From: Squalus acanthias
Taxonomy: Eukaryota
Reading direction: 5' to 3'
NCBI GenBank assembly: GCA_030390025.1
Contig: CM059432.1
Location: 9,796,001-9,860,000, forward strand
DNA: 64,000 bases
The notes beneath the pieces were generated by a model, which saw nothing but the letters and a program-made list of their open reading frames with translations, was not told the DNA's origin and did no database searches. Shown here in pieces: positions 12,111 to 24,565 of this stretch. Every line of letters starts with the position of its first letter. Position 1 is the first letter of the stretch. Made by a program: the position numbers and the translations under genes.

Positions 12111-12233
12111 CGCGAAGCCTGTTTTCATAGGCCCTGAAACAAAGGAGCTTCCTGAGCCCTGCTACAGGAAAACCAGTTTAATCTAGTTTCCCTAATTAGC
12201 TGCCTTCAGCTGTTCTGAATTGTAGGCCTTGTA

Positions 12234-12431
12234 CTCTTTTCAGTAAACATAAAACTACTATAAATTAACAAAACTTCAAATAAAACTTATCACATTAAAT
12301 TAAATTAAAATGACATTATCCGGGGAGACGATGCACTCCAGTCCCTGCGGCACCCACCGGTCTCGGATGGTATCAAGTGTGCCGGCGGACACCGCATGCT
12401 CCATCTCCAGGGCCACCCGGGCGCGAACATA
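12234..12431 (-). mobile_element. Short Tx1-like LINE 3' end with 12 bp TSD GTAGGCCTTGTA
   Basis: TSD at 12222-12233 and 12432-12443; minus frame YVRARVALEMEHAVSAGTLDTIRDRW resembles Tx1 ORF2 C-termini. Confidence 0.7.
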
Positions 12432-14195
12432 GTAGGCCTTGTATATCCCTGCTTAAGGCTGGGAAATTTAGATTTTAAACAGTAACAGTAAATGTGAAAC
12501 AAACAAAAGTTTGATTTTTAGAAAACAGTTAAGACTCCCTCACTCACCCAACTCCAGCACTCTGTTCAAACTGCACTCAGTGTGAAGCTGCACTAACCTG
12601 ACGGATCCCTTTAAATAACATCCCTGGAGCCGGATTCCTGTTGCTTCATGCCAGCTCTCCCTGTCACTGTTTACTCCAGGTGCTAAGGTAGGTGGCAACA
12701 ATCAATTTCGCAGATCGGGCATTCAGTGAGCGTTGCACACTCACTGACGTCACCATCCACCTGGCATTGATGTTCCCGGCAATGCTACGGGAGGGGCAGG
12801 ATTTGGTGTGTGCCGTTGGATTCGCCTCGCCCCGGCGATACTGCGCTAGCGTCCCGTTAGCGCCATCTGCTAGCGCTAACGGGAGGCGCTAAAGGGGTGA
12901 CTTTTTCCCCCTATGTCATTTTGTTCTTGATTCCACCACCAGAGGAAATAGGCTCTCCATATCTACCCTATCATATCTTTAGAACTTTTTAAACACCTCG
13001 ATTATATCACCCCTCAATCTCCTATACTCAAGGGAACACAAGCCATGTTTATGCAACCTGTCCTCATAATTTAACCCACTAAATCATTCTGGTGAATCAG
13101 CGCTGCACTCTCTCCAAGACCAATATATCCTTCCTGAGGTGCAATGTCCAGAAGTGAATGCAGATGGGGTCTGACCAAGGCTCGATACAACTGAAACATG
13201 ATTTCCTCTCCTTTGTATTCCAGCCCCCTTGAGATAAAGGCCAACATTCCATTAGCCTTTTTGATTGATTTGTGCACTAGTCCCCAATCTATTTGCTCCT
13301 CTACAGCTCCTAGTTTCACACCATTTATGGAACATTCCGATTGATCCCTCTTTGTTCCAAAGTGCGTGCCCTCACACTTGCCCACGTTGAATTCCGTCCG
13401 CCCTAAAAGTTTGCTGAAAAACTTACCTCAGTCTGAGTCAATGAAAAATAAAATATTGGCACTAATTTTTATGAGTATCCATAACTTCTAGCGTTCTTAG
13501 TAAAGCCTAAAGCAACAATTTTCAAACAGTCCTATGTGGGCGACTATCCTGTAAATATTAATTACCTACCCCCCCCCCCCCCCCCAGGAGTAGCATTCTC
13601 TTGTTTTGAACTTCTTTCAGTGTTCTTTGTAACTCAAGGTTGGTGAAAGGAAGGTTTCAGCCTCTCATAAACTCCACCTGGAGCCGGTCCTACTCAAACC
13701 AGTTGCTGTCGGTACGTTGCCAGATACTGACTGCTCAAGGGAACATGTCCAATTCGGACTTAAACTGATAGAAAACAAGGGCACTCAGCGCTATCATTTC
13801 AGAAAAGCTTTTTTATTATTGATGTGAAGAACAAATACAGAAGTCAATAAAAACAGAAAAACACACGTCTGATGACAGACGGAAAGAAATGGGAGATTTG
13901 GTGGACTCTTTGCCGACCACAGTTTGAAAGTACGTGGGCTGTTTTCATTATAACAGAGGGGATTACAGGGCGATTTGATCGAGGTTGTTTAAAATGACGA
14001 AGGGGATGGGACAGGGCATTTAGGATCAGAGGGGCAGAAATTCGTTGCGGCCCATGTTTGGGCGCCGAACTGACGGCAGGCACGCGGCGAGCGGCTGAAC
14101 TGGGAGGCCCAAGAAGGCCTGAAACTGGGCCTCAGGCTCCATTTTACGGTCCACCCCATCAAATTCGCCTGGTATTCCAATAGTCCCAGTTACAT

Positions 14196-14949
14196 GGGCC
14201 CGGATTTTGCGGTCAGCGGCGAGCGCAGTCACTTCGCCGTTGGCCTCGAAGAAAGCTACCCGCAAAGATCCAGCAATCCCTGTGGCGTCGATTTCAACTT
14301 TCCCGATGTTAACTCCATTCTGGCGCCAACTGTGGGGGATCGATGGCGTCCAGCAACAGTGATGTCATCAAGCAGGCTAAGCAGCCAATCACATTGAAGA
14401 ATTCTCACAGACGGCAAACCAGGAAGTAAAAAGCACTGAATACCCTTCACTTTTTACAAAGAGTGAAATAAAGATTGGGACATAAGGGGTTCAAGGTAGA
14501 AGCTGAAATATCATAAACAAACTTTAAAAAAAATAATTTTTATTAATTTAAAATCTATGGAATTTTTAGCATCATGGAGCAATTTGACATTCCACAAATA
14601 TAACATCAGTGTTTCAAGGCCCAGAGAGGTTGTTCAGCAGTAAGCATGACTTGTTAAAGAATCAGTAACACCTCATTCAACAAAGCTTAACTTTTTCGGT
14701 GTTTTTTACAGTGAGATTCGAGCGTTAAAAAGTGGAAGTTCATATCAGTTCAAGTGATTTCCAAGATTTCCATCTGCGAGGACTTCAACAGCGCACCCTG
14801 TGGAGGAATCGGGAATCACTGACAGCAACTTCTGGATTCCCGCGTTTAACTGCACACGTGCGGACGCCAGACGTTTCTGTCAGTTTCACAGAGTAATGAC
14901 GGCGAGTGCTGACAGTTTCACTGCCATTACAACCGTAAAGTCCAGGCCA
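14196..14949. mobile_element. MITE (TIR GGCCCGGATTTTGCGGT / ACCGTAAAGTCCAGGCC)
   Basis: Imperfect TIRs; an inverted homologue lies at 18978-20070. Confidence 0.7.
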
Positions 14950-14959
14950 AAGAGTCATG

Positions 14960-15694
14960 GGAGGCGATTTTGCCAGGGGAGGCTGGTTTGGGGCGGGCAC
15001 CCATCCCGCCCCCAACCCGCCTCCGTGCCATCTTCCCAGGAGGCGGGTACCCGACCCGCGTCAGGCCCCGTCTCCTGGAGGTGGGAAGAGGGGATTACAG
15101 CCTGTTTTTCCAACAGAGGTGCGGGCTTCCCGACGTCAGGAAACCCCTCCAGGGTCAGCGAGGCGAGCAGTGGGCCTGCAGAGGTGAGAGGGGTCCAAAA
15201 GTGCGCTGTGGAGGTGAGAGATGGGTGCAAGTGTGGAGAGGTAAGTATGTGAGGTGAGTGAAAAGTGTTAGAAAAAGTTTCCTTACCTTTGTTTCTTCCT
15301 GCAGGCTTCAATCGTCGGGGATCCGGAGGCTCCTCATCTCCACGGCAGAGATGACAGAATGGCTGCTGCATTCTCCGATGCAACAGCCATCTGCTTTCTG
15401 CTCAGAAAATAGGTTTGGTGAGCACTGAGTACAAGAACTCACCAAACAACAGAGAATGTCAGTGTTTGACGGCTTCTGAAAGCTGTCAAACGATGACAAT
15501 TCATCTGTCAAAAATTTTTGACGGATGAAACGTCATACGCTGACGTTCTCTGTCACCGGCTTTTCCTGGGCGGGCTTAACAAGGTCAATCAAGGGAAAAT
15601 AGCGTGGGTTGGCCACAAGTCGATGGAGGGGGGACTAAAACCCGACAAGCAGCAGTCCCGCCTCCAACGCGCCCCCATTGGCAAAATCACCCCC
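14960..15694. mobile_element. Harbinger-type MITE
   Basis: TIRs GGAGGCGATTTTGCC and GGCAAAATCACCCCC. Confidence 0.65.
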
Positions 15695-16455
15695 TACAAC
15701 ACAGAAACAGGCCATTCGGCCCAACTGGTCCATGCTGGCGTTTATGCGCCGCACAAGCCTCCTCCCACCCCCCTCTTCATCTAAACCTATCAGCAGAACC
15801 TTTCCCCCTCATCCTTATATTCCTTTCCCCCTCCAGACACAGGCAACAGGAACATCTGCTCCCTTATCTTTCCTCTGCAGCTCTGCTACTAGATGAATCT
15901 CACAAATATTTACATTTACATCATCATTTCTGCCGGGTAATATTAATGAACTGCTGCTATAAGTTGTAGAAAGAGGAATTTGCATTTTTTAAGGCAGTGG
16001 CAGCTCTGAGATGGAGCAATGTCCATAAATTACGTTGGGAAAAACAGGAAGATGTATCTCCACAGTTAATATTTTGCATGTTAACATTTTCAGGGCAAAA
16101 TAATAAAAGCCCTCTGCAATTTAAAATAATTGATAGCCTTTATGATCCCTGTGACAGCAGTCTTTGAAACATCTATTCCAGGCTCTTTTGGTGCAATGAA
16201 TCTTTCTGTACGCTTGCAAAGCTTGCTAGATCATCGCACAACATCTGCAGTTCTGGGAAATCTGAATGCAGCTGCGTCAAATTAATACTGTTAATGCAAA
16301 CAACAAAAAAACAGCCCTAATGCGATTAAACATGTTGCTTTTGACCCAGTTCCTTGTGCAACCTATCCTAACATGTCCCACAACGCATATCTTTCTGGCA
16401 TAGATACTTCACACAGCAATGCAACTGAAATTCACCAGCGATGTGGATACAATCT

Positions 16456-17083
16456 TTCGGTGAAGGTGTTGACGATGGTTTGGAGTTGGACCTCCGAGTG
16501 TGCGCAGACGCAAGCGTCGTCTGCATACTGTAATTCGACGACAGAGGATGGGACGACCTTGGATCTGGACTAGAGGCGACGGAGGTTGAACAGTTTTCTG
16601 TTAGTTCTGTAAATTAGCTCCACTCCAGCGGGGAGCTTACTGAGGGTGAGATGGAACATTGCAGCCAGGAAGATCGAGAAGAGCGTTGGTGCAATGACCC
16701 AGCTTTGCTTGACCCCGGTCCGTACGTGAATTGGGTCTGTGGTGGATCCATTGGTCAGGATCAAAGCCTCCTTGAAAAAGTGCAACATCCCCACTGACAC
16801 CTGGGAATCCCTGGCCCAAGACCGCACAAAGTGGAGGAGAAGCATCCGGGAAGGCGCCGAACAACTCGAGTCTCTTCGCCGGGAGCAAGCGGAAGCCAAG
16901 CGCAAGCAGCGCAAGGAGCGCACGTCAACCCAAGCACCCCACCCACCCGCCCCCTTCAACCACCGTCTGCCCCACCTGTGACAGAGACTGTAGGTCCCGC
17001 ATTGGACTCATCAGTCACCTGAGAACTCATTTTTAATGTGGAAGCAAGTCATCCTCAGTTCCGAGGGACTGCCGAAGAAGAAA
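16456..17083 (+). mobile_element. RTE-clade LINE with 5' inversion (minus part 16456-16760, plus part 16761-17083)
   Basis: Minus strand: GVKQSWVIAPTLFSIF...QYADDA. Plus strand: LKASLKKCNI...WESLAQDRTKWR, C2H2-like end and (GAA)n tail. TSD GGATRCAATCT at 16445-16455 and 17084-17094. Confidence 0.85.
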
Positions 17084-17576
17084 GGATGCAATCTATATAG
17101 AATCATGGAACCATAGAATGATACAGCACAGAAGGAGGCCATTCAGCCCATCATGCCTGTGCTGGCTCTTTGATAGAGCGATCCAATTAGTCCCACGCCC
17201 CTGCTCTTTCTCCATAGCCCGGCAATTTTTTTCTCTTCGAGTGTTTATCCAATTCTCTTTTGAAAGTTATTATTGAAACCGGTGCTGTTACTGAAGACCT
17301 GCCGACCTCAGAACTCACAGCCAATGTTCCCTTTAATTTTTTTTTGAGTGCGCGCGGCCCCTTTAAGGAGCTGCGCGGCCCATTCAAAATACCTCTTGGA
17401 ACAGAGCTTAAGCCTAACCAAAGGACACAGATTTAAGGCGATTGGCAAAAGAACCTGAGGCGTCACAAACATTTTTTTTAACGCAGCGAGTTGTTGCGAT
17501 CTGGAACGCGCTGCCTGAAAGGGCGGTGGAAGCAGATTCAATAGTAACTTTCAGAGGGGAATTGGATAAAGCCTTG

Positions 17577-18323
17577 GGGGGAGAAAATGGATATCGTCCC
17601 GTTAACGTTTGCGGGAGCGCAAAAGTATCGCCGGGCGCTACCCAACTCTAACGGACGGCAACTTCCGGTTTAGCGATCCAGGAGGAAAGTGGCGCGCTAA
17701 ATCGAGCGCTACCACTTCCCTTGGAGCGCTAAACCAGGCAAGAGGGACGGTAGCGGCACAATGTCCAGCGCAGCGCTGCCGGGATCAGAGGCTCATTCCC
17801 TCCCTTAAAGTGAAGGGCCATCGCTGCAGGCTCTGCAAGAAAACGAATCCCCTGATCACCAACGGCACCTCCGATCGGCGCCGATCAGCCCCAAGCTCTC
17901 TAACGGGGTGCAGGGCTGATCAATCGCGGCATCTGAAAAATAGAAAAACGTGCACAGAGTCTTGATGAAACATTTTTCGCCGAGCTCACCGGCCATCCCT
18001 TTAACTGCCGCTCCCCAAGTGGCCATCGGCGGTGACGATGCCTCCTGCAGCTGCCGGTGTTGACGCCCAGTGATGCTGCAGAGGGCGGAAGCCAAGCTCG
18101 CAACCGGGGCGGTACTTGGGCGCTGCGCACCGGATGACATCACGATCTCCGGGGCGCAGGAGATCGTGGCGTTAGGGTCAAATCCGGCGCTAACCTGCAG
18201 GGGAAGTTCGCGGGTGTCGGTACTCTCGCCGCACCCCGGTCGCAAAGCCGGTAGCGCCCCGTTATCGCACCCCCCCCCGCGGCGGAGCTAACGGGAGGCG
18301 CAAACCAGGGGAATTTCTAGCCC
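17577..18323 (+). mobile_element. Harbinger MITE inserted in a CR1 3' end (about 17415-18465)
   Basis: Ends GGGGGAGAAAAT and GAATTTCTAGCCC; subterminal GCTAACGGGAGGCGC; CR1 is collinear on both sides. Confidence 0.75.
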
Positions 18324-18839
18324 TCAGAGCGAAAAGAATTGCAGGGCGATGGGGAAAGGGCGGGGGGAGTGGGATTAATTGGAGAGCTCTAACAAAGAGC
18401 CGGCACAGGCATGATGGGCCGAATGGCCTCCTTCTGTGCTGTATCATTCTATGATTCTGTGATTCTATATAGATTGTATGTAATTGTCCTCGGGGGGGTC
18501 TCCATCTCCAGCGGGCCAAGAAAAGACATCAGAATGACTGACAAAGCACATTGCCTGCTTTAGAGCGACTGGGACAAATAAGGCAATGTTGTGGTCAATA
18601 GAATCATAGTGATTGTATATAAAAAGACATTGATTGACCTCTCAGCTACAAATGATCTCAGTAGCAGACTCTGAGCTGGGAATAGATGGAAATTTGCACA
18701 TGTGATAAGGATAGTGGGAAAAATAAATGAAAAATCCCACTGTATAAAGATAATTAACAAGCCTGACTATCTGCTTGCTCCACCCATATGGCAGTAACAG
18801 TTCTTGTTTAATACTACCAGCATTAGCATTTTTAATAAA

Positions 18840-18970
18840 TTATATACATATAAACATATATGTGTGTGTATCTGTGTGTGTTTATGTGTGTATATGTGTG
18901 TGTATGAGTATGTGTGTGCGTAAGTATGTGTGTGTGTGTGTTTATGTACGAGAGTGTGCGTGTACACACA
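18840..18970. repeat. (TA)/(TG)n microsatellite
   Basis: Directly visible dinucleotide repeat. Confidence 0.9.
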
Positions 18971-18977
18971 GAGACAT

Positions 18978-20070
18978 TGGCCAGATTTTCCGGTGGTAAT
19001 GACGGTGAAACTGTCAGCGAAACCCCTCTGAAATTGACGGCAACTTCAGGATTTAATGTAGGCGCAGATAAACGCGGAAATCCAGAAGCTGCAGTCAGTC
19101 ATTTTCCACCCCTCCACAGGTTGCGCTGTGGAACTCCCTCGCTCCGGCAAACAATTCATATCACTTTAAGGACAAAAACTTTCCCTATTACGTTGGAATA
19201 GCGCTGTTAACCCCGCCCACCACCCCTACCCCGAAAAAGTTAAACCTTGTTGAAAGAGGTGTAATTGAGGTTTGAACAGCGTATTGACTGCTGAACAATG
19301 GTTCTGGCCCTGAAAAACTCATTTTGTATTTGTGGAATGTCAAATCTTTCCATTAATATGATTAAGAATTACATGATTTTTATAATAATAAATTATATAT
19401 ATATAAACATATATATAAACATACATAATAAGGGCAGCATAGTGGCATAGTGGTTAGCACTGTTGCCTCACAGTGCCGGAGACCCGGGTTCGAATCCGGC
19501 CTCGGGTGACTGTCTGTGTGCAGTTTGCACATTCTCCCCGTGTCTGCGTGGGTTTCCTCCGCGTGCTCCGGTTTCCTCCCACAGTCCAAAGATGTGCGGG
19601 TTAGGTTGATTTGGCTATGATAAATTGACCCTTAGTGTTAGGGGATTAAATACGTGGGGATAGGGTGGGATATGTGTCGGTGCAGGCTCGATGGGCCAAA
19701 ATGGCCTCTACCTGCACTGTGGTGATTCTGTTTGTTTATGATATTTCGGCTTCTACCTTAGCCCTGTGTGTATGTCCCAATCTTTATTTCACTCGCTGTA
19801 AAATTTATTTAAAAGTAAAATAGAATCTGTGCATTTTGCTTCCTGGTTTGCTGTCTGTGAGAATTCTTCAATGTGATTGGCTGCTCAGCCTGCTTGATGA
19901 CATCACTGTTTCTGGATGCTGGAGATTCGCTGGGTTTGGCGCCGGATTCAAACAAAGGTCGGGAGAGCTGAAATCGATGCCACAGAGATCCCTAGATTTT
20001 TGCGGGCAGCTTTCTTCGAGATCAGCGACGAGTGCTGCCGCTTCGCCGCTGACCGCAAATTCCGGGTCGA
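18978..20070. mobile_element. MITE related to 14196-14949, containing a SINE
   Basis: Ends GGCCAGATTTTCCGGT and ACCGCAAATTCCGGGTC; shared internal GTGAGAATTCTTCAATGTGATTGGCTGCT. Confidence 0.7.
19432..19730 (+). mobile_element. HE1-like V-SINE
   Basis: tRNA head (TGGCATAGTGG, GGTTCGAATCC), V-domain TTCTCCCCGTGTCTGCGTGGGTTTCCTCC...GGTTTCCTCCCACAGTCCAAAGA, CR1-type tail. Confidence 0.9.
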
Positions 20071-21380
20071 TGTAACAAAAAAATTAACTTAAAAGTTGAT
20101 CATGATGTTGAAAAGTACGAGTCTCTTCCTTTTTAATATAATGTAACATTCTCAATGCAATGAATACAGGATTAGGTCGGTCGTCATTGGGAGCTCTGAG
20201 GATTTCTTGGCTAAGTGGTTCAATTATACCATGCAGGATGAATGTGAACATGGAACAAGAGATAAGAGCAGAACGAGTTACAACCCAGACTGATCCAATT
20301 TTCTATATTCACCACATTTTGAGGATTAAACGTTCTTCTACTGGGAGGGATTGTTACCTTCTGAAAACCAGGATTTGTAGCATTCTTTATTTTTCTTTGT
20401 CATTCTGGGCATCTTCATGTCCCTTGGCTAAGCCTTTAGATAGTTGGGTTGATTTGCATATGAATCGAAACAATAACAAGAGAAACCATAATTCTTAGAA
20501 CAATTCAATGTCAGTGAATTTAATTTTGAAAGAACAAATTATGAAAGCACTGTGGGCTTGCGTAACTGTCAAATAATATGGAACCTAAATATTAAATTTT
20601 TAAGTTTGCACAAGAGATCTATATTCACAACAGCCTAATTAATCAGGACTGATTCTAAATTCTGAAAAGAAACAGAAAGACTTGCATTTCTATAGCGCCT
20701 TTCACAACCTCTGGACGTCCCAAAGCGCTTTATAGCCAATTAAGTACTTTTCGAAGTGTCGTCACTGTTGTAACGATTGTAATGTCGTGACAATTCTAAA
20801 TCCATATCGTTCCACCTATCGGATGTTTTCCGTTAAATCTTATTCTGCACGTGGTTTTATTAACACTTCATTCAAGGTTATCAATGGCGCTCGTTTTTGA
20901 ATGCAAGGTTTGAATGAAGTAAACTACGAATTCAGATTAAATCAGAAATTCCTCACAGTTCATAACTGGTTAATCAGCAATTAAAAAGAAAGAGGAGTTA
21001 ACATTCAGGGTCCCACTTAAGTAGAATTAATCTAACATTCTCTTTCATAACACACACAAATATATATATATATATAAACAAAATGTTTAGACATATATGC
21101 ATAGACATTTATATTTTTGTGTAAAAAAGACAAAAATGCTGGTAATATTAATCAAGAACGGTTACTGCCATATGGGTGCAGGAAGCAGGTAGTCAGGCCA
21201 GTTAATCGTCTTTCTACAGTGGGATCTTTCCTTTATTTTTCCCAACAATCATTGTCACGTGCACATTTCCATCTATTCCCAACTCAGATTCTGCTGCTGA
21301 GATCATTTGCAGCTGAGAGGTCAATCAATGTCTTCTTATACACAATCATGATTGGCATTAACATTTCTTTACCAGTCCAA

Positions 21381-22173
21381 GGGGGAAAAATTCGATTGGT
21401 TAGCGCCTCCCGTTAGTGCCTCCGGGGGGCGCTAATGGGGCGCTAGGCAAGCACGGCGATTTTAGCGCCGCTCGTGAAATTGACCAGTTGTTTTGCAGCG
21501 GTGCTAAAACACTACCGCCATGATCTCCTGTGCCCACAGATCGTGACGTCAGTCGAGCGTGCAACGCCCCAGTAGCGCTCCGGACCGGATATTGAGTCGT
21601 GCCGCCTGCCTTTCCGCCTGCCACTAGGAACAACAGGTAGAGGGGAAAGTTTTCAAGTCGGGAAGGGGCTGGGGGAGCGCTATTTAAAGGCGGGCGCTTC
21701 CTGCCTTGTTGGCAAAATTTTTGTTGGTTTTAACGCTGTCCTAAAGAATTTTGGCCCTCAGCACCACTTTTGAGGTTCCTAAGCGCCGAGCTCTTTCCGT
21801 GGGCCTAGCCATTAGTGCTTCCAACACAATTGCTTTTGAGGTCTCTCTAGGCCAAGATTCAAGTCTGCAATGAGCAGGGTGTGGTTGGCCAGCAGGATGG
21901 CCCCTCCCCTTTAAGAACTGGACGGCACCAGTCTGTCTGGTTTCCATGGTAATTGGCATCGCCTGAGCTTTGGTAGCGTTCTGAGGTAGTGCCTCGCTCC
22001 CCGACGTTTGCGCCTTAAGAGAGGTGTGTAGCGCCTGATTTAGCGCTCAAATCACCTCCAGGGGGCGATAGAGGCGAATTTTGCAGTCTGAGGCGAGAAT
22101 TAGTGGCGGGCGCTGAACTTTGCACCCGGCCAATATTAGCGCCCCAAAATGGGCGATACCGAAATTTTCCCCC
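21381..22173 (-). mobile_element. Harbinger MITE, TSD CAA
   Basis: TIRs GGGGGAAAAATTCG and CGAAATTTTCCCCC; CAA at 21378-21380 and 22174-22176; inverted homologue of 41519-42411. Confidence 0.85.
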
Positions 22174-22856
22174 CAAGCGCCTTGGGACGTTTTACTACGA
22201 CAAAGGCACTCTATCATGGCAAGTTATTGTTGTTGTTCTTCATTTCCCGTAGTATGTGCACTTTCTGATTTTATTTCAAAGTCCTTTTATGTTGGTGTTA
22301 ATGGGGTGACTGTGACATTCATGCCTGAAGCCTGAATGGATGGTCTTATTCGTGCATGGTCTTATTCAACAAACTGTAACCCCAGCTGTCAGATTTTCTA
22401 AATGGTCAGTGAGAAATTTTCAAGATTTTACCTCCTAAATTGGCCTGAATTTTAATTTATTTTTTTCCTCTCCCAGGAGATTACAAGGTTCCGTGTGGGG
22501 TGGGGTGGGGTGGGGAATGTATGTACCGTGACAACACAAGGCATCACAACGGTATGGTGCAGGCTGGATAGACCAGTCGGTCTTTTCCTGTCCGCCAATT
22601 TTATGTTCGTTATAGAGGTTTACATAGATACATAGATACATAGAAGATAGGAGCAGGAGTAGGCCATCTGGCCCTTCGAGCCTGCTCCGCCATTTAATGA
22701 GATCATGGCTGATCCTCCAATTCAGTATCCCGTCCCCGCCTTCTCTCCGTAACCCTTAACCCCTTTTGCCTGTAGAAATATATCTAAATACAGCACAGTG
22801 GGATGCCATTCGGCCCATCGTGTCGGAGCACGCTCTTTGCTGGAGTAATCCAAAAC

Positions 22857-23474
22857 TAAAACTAAAACGGATGCTGAAAATCTGAAATAAAAGCAGAAAA
22901 TGCTGGGAATACTCAGCGGGTCAGGCAGCATCTGTGGAGAGAGTGTAGGGGGTGGTGTTTTTGTGTCAGCTTCACCTCTGACTTCTGAGCGGTTCGAATC
23001 GCTCCCACTCCCTTGGTTCTAGACCTTGGACTTATTTGGGGGTTGTGATACAAAAGGTGCAGCAGACAACTGAGTTTGATGAAAGAACTTCAATCTTTAT
23101 TAAAAGGTAAGACACAAATAATAACACTCTTATCACTCTAAAGGTGGGGAACACTTCCTTCACAGCCTTTTCTCCCTTTACAGGCCCAGACATGTTTTTA
23201 AAATGCCAAAACTTGGTTTTTGGTCTTACAGTCTCTTAGGTTAGGCCCAAATGCATTTTTATCACTCTGAGGTAGTTCCAAAGTCCTTTTTCCTTAGGTT
23301 TTGGGGATCTGCAAATTTTGGAAACCTTACAGTAGAAACAGAGTCAACGTTTCAGGCCGATGACTTTTTGTCAGAACTGTGACGAAAGGGTCATCGAGCT
23401 GAAACGTTAACTCTGTTCCTCTCTCCACAGATGCCGCCTGGCCCGCCGAGTATTCCCAGCACTTTCTGCTGTTC
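22857..23474. mobile_element. Mini Penelope-like insert made of inverted pseudo-LTR halves, 10 bp TSD AATCCAAAAC
   Basis: TSD at 22847-22856 and 23475-23484; GCAGCATCTGTGGAGA arm and its inverse TCTCCACAGATGCCGC; degenerate hammerhead cores near the centre. Confidence 0.75.
22944..23331 (-). mobile_element. Internally deleted copy (388 bp) of the 846-2495 LTR
   Basis: Matches about 846-1058 then about 2320-2495; both TG and CA ends retained; TSD imperfect. Confidence 0.85.
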
Positions 23475-23807
23475 AATCCAAAACGAACCCCACTGCCCGC
23501 CCTCCATAGCCCGTTGCTGTCTTCTTCTGCTTCAGATTATTCAGCTACCTGGATGACCCACTTTACATCCGGTGACCAGATTTTAGTGAATCCGGCAATT
23601 TTATATTGAGGTTGCCAGCGATGAATCCACCTGTGCTTTGGTACCCTGCGGTGCGAAGACCCCACTAACAGCAATCTAACTTCTGATCTCCAGCCGGCAC
23701 AATTCTCTTCTGACCTCTGAAAATGTCAATAGGCTGAGCCAATGTGTGAAGGTCAGGAGCTGCCATTTCTAACAATCCTGGCGTTGTGATTTCTTGGCGG
23801 TGGAAGC

Positions 23808-24225
23808 AACAACAACAACAACTTGTATTTATATAGCGCCTTTAATGTAGTAAAATGCCCCCCCTGGCTCTTCACAGGAGCGATTATCAAACAAAATTTG
23901 GCACCGAGCCACATAAGGAGATATCAAGGACAGGTGACCAAATGCTTGGTCAAAGAGGTGGGTTTTAAAGGAGCGTCTTAAAGGAGGAGAGAGAGGCGGA
24001 GAGGCGGAGAGGTTTAGGGAGGGAATTCCAGAGCTTAGGGCCCAGGCAACAGAAGGCACGGCCGCCAATGGTGGAACGATTAAAATCGGGGATGCGCAAG
24101 AGGGCAGAATTGGAGGAGCGCAGAGATCTCGGAGGGTTGTGGGGCTGGAGGAGGTTACAGAGATAGGGAGGGGGCGAGGAGGTCATGGAGGGATTTGGAA
24201 ACAAGGGTGAGAATTTTAAAATCGA
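23808..24225 (-). mobile_element. L2 LINE 3' fragment
   Basis: PPYLCNLLQPHNPPRSLRSS...GGRAF...LWNSLP...SFKTLL; (TTG)n tail. Confidence 0.9.
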
Positions 24226-24565
24226 GGTGACTCTTAAGTACAACCAAAAAAATGATTTCAGACATTCACAGATCGAAGAGTTCACAATGTTAATATTCGT
24301 TTTGACAGTTTCGGCAGTGAGGTTATTACAGAGCTGCACGTTTATATTGACAGACCTGCCAATCACAGCTTGTGCTGTAAATACCATGGCAGGAATACTC
24401 AGTGATCTTCCACCTGCCACACTGAGGGTGCAAACACTTGAGCAAAGTTAGAAGAGAGTGAAACTTTGGAACACAGGAACTTGAGTGTGAGCTGGACTCA
24501 GATCCAGCTTAAGTGGAAGAGATGCATATCTCCCTTTCTCTCCAACCCCTGTATAGAAACATAGG

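Larger units (their letters stand above)
9811..12911 (+). mobile_element. Harbinger DNA transposon A, internally rearranged, TSD TAT
   Basis: TAT at 9808-9810 and 12912-12914; left end matches the end of element B (32918); right end GCGCTAACGGGAGGCGC...TTTTTCCCCC is shared with the MITEs; contains a Myb-like gene. Confidence 0.8.
9541..13400 (-). mobile_element. CR1 3' fragment split by Harbinger element A (pieces 9541-9810 and 12912-13400)
   Basis: CR1 3' sequence is collinear across the insert; ORF 13071-13385 has KANGMLAFISRGLEYK...[10 protein letters not shown]. Confidence 0.8.

Noticed and set aside
13428..13507. Minus-strand exon with a strong GTAAGT donor
   Set aside because: Stop codons in all three frames; a non-coding exon cannot be excluded.
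18610..18700. Selenoprotein exon (in-frame TGA conserved in both inverted copies)
   Set aside because: Indels break the frame downstream, and no splice sites or SECIS are evident.
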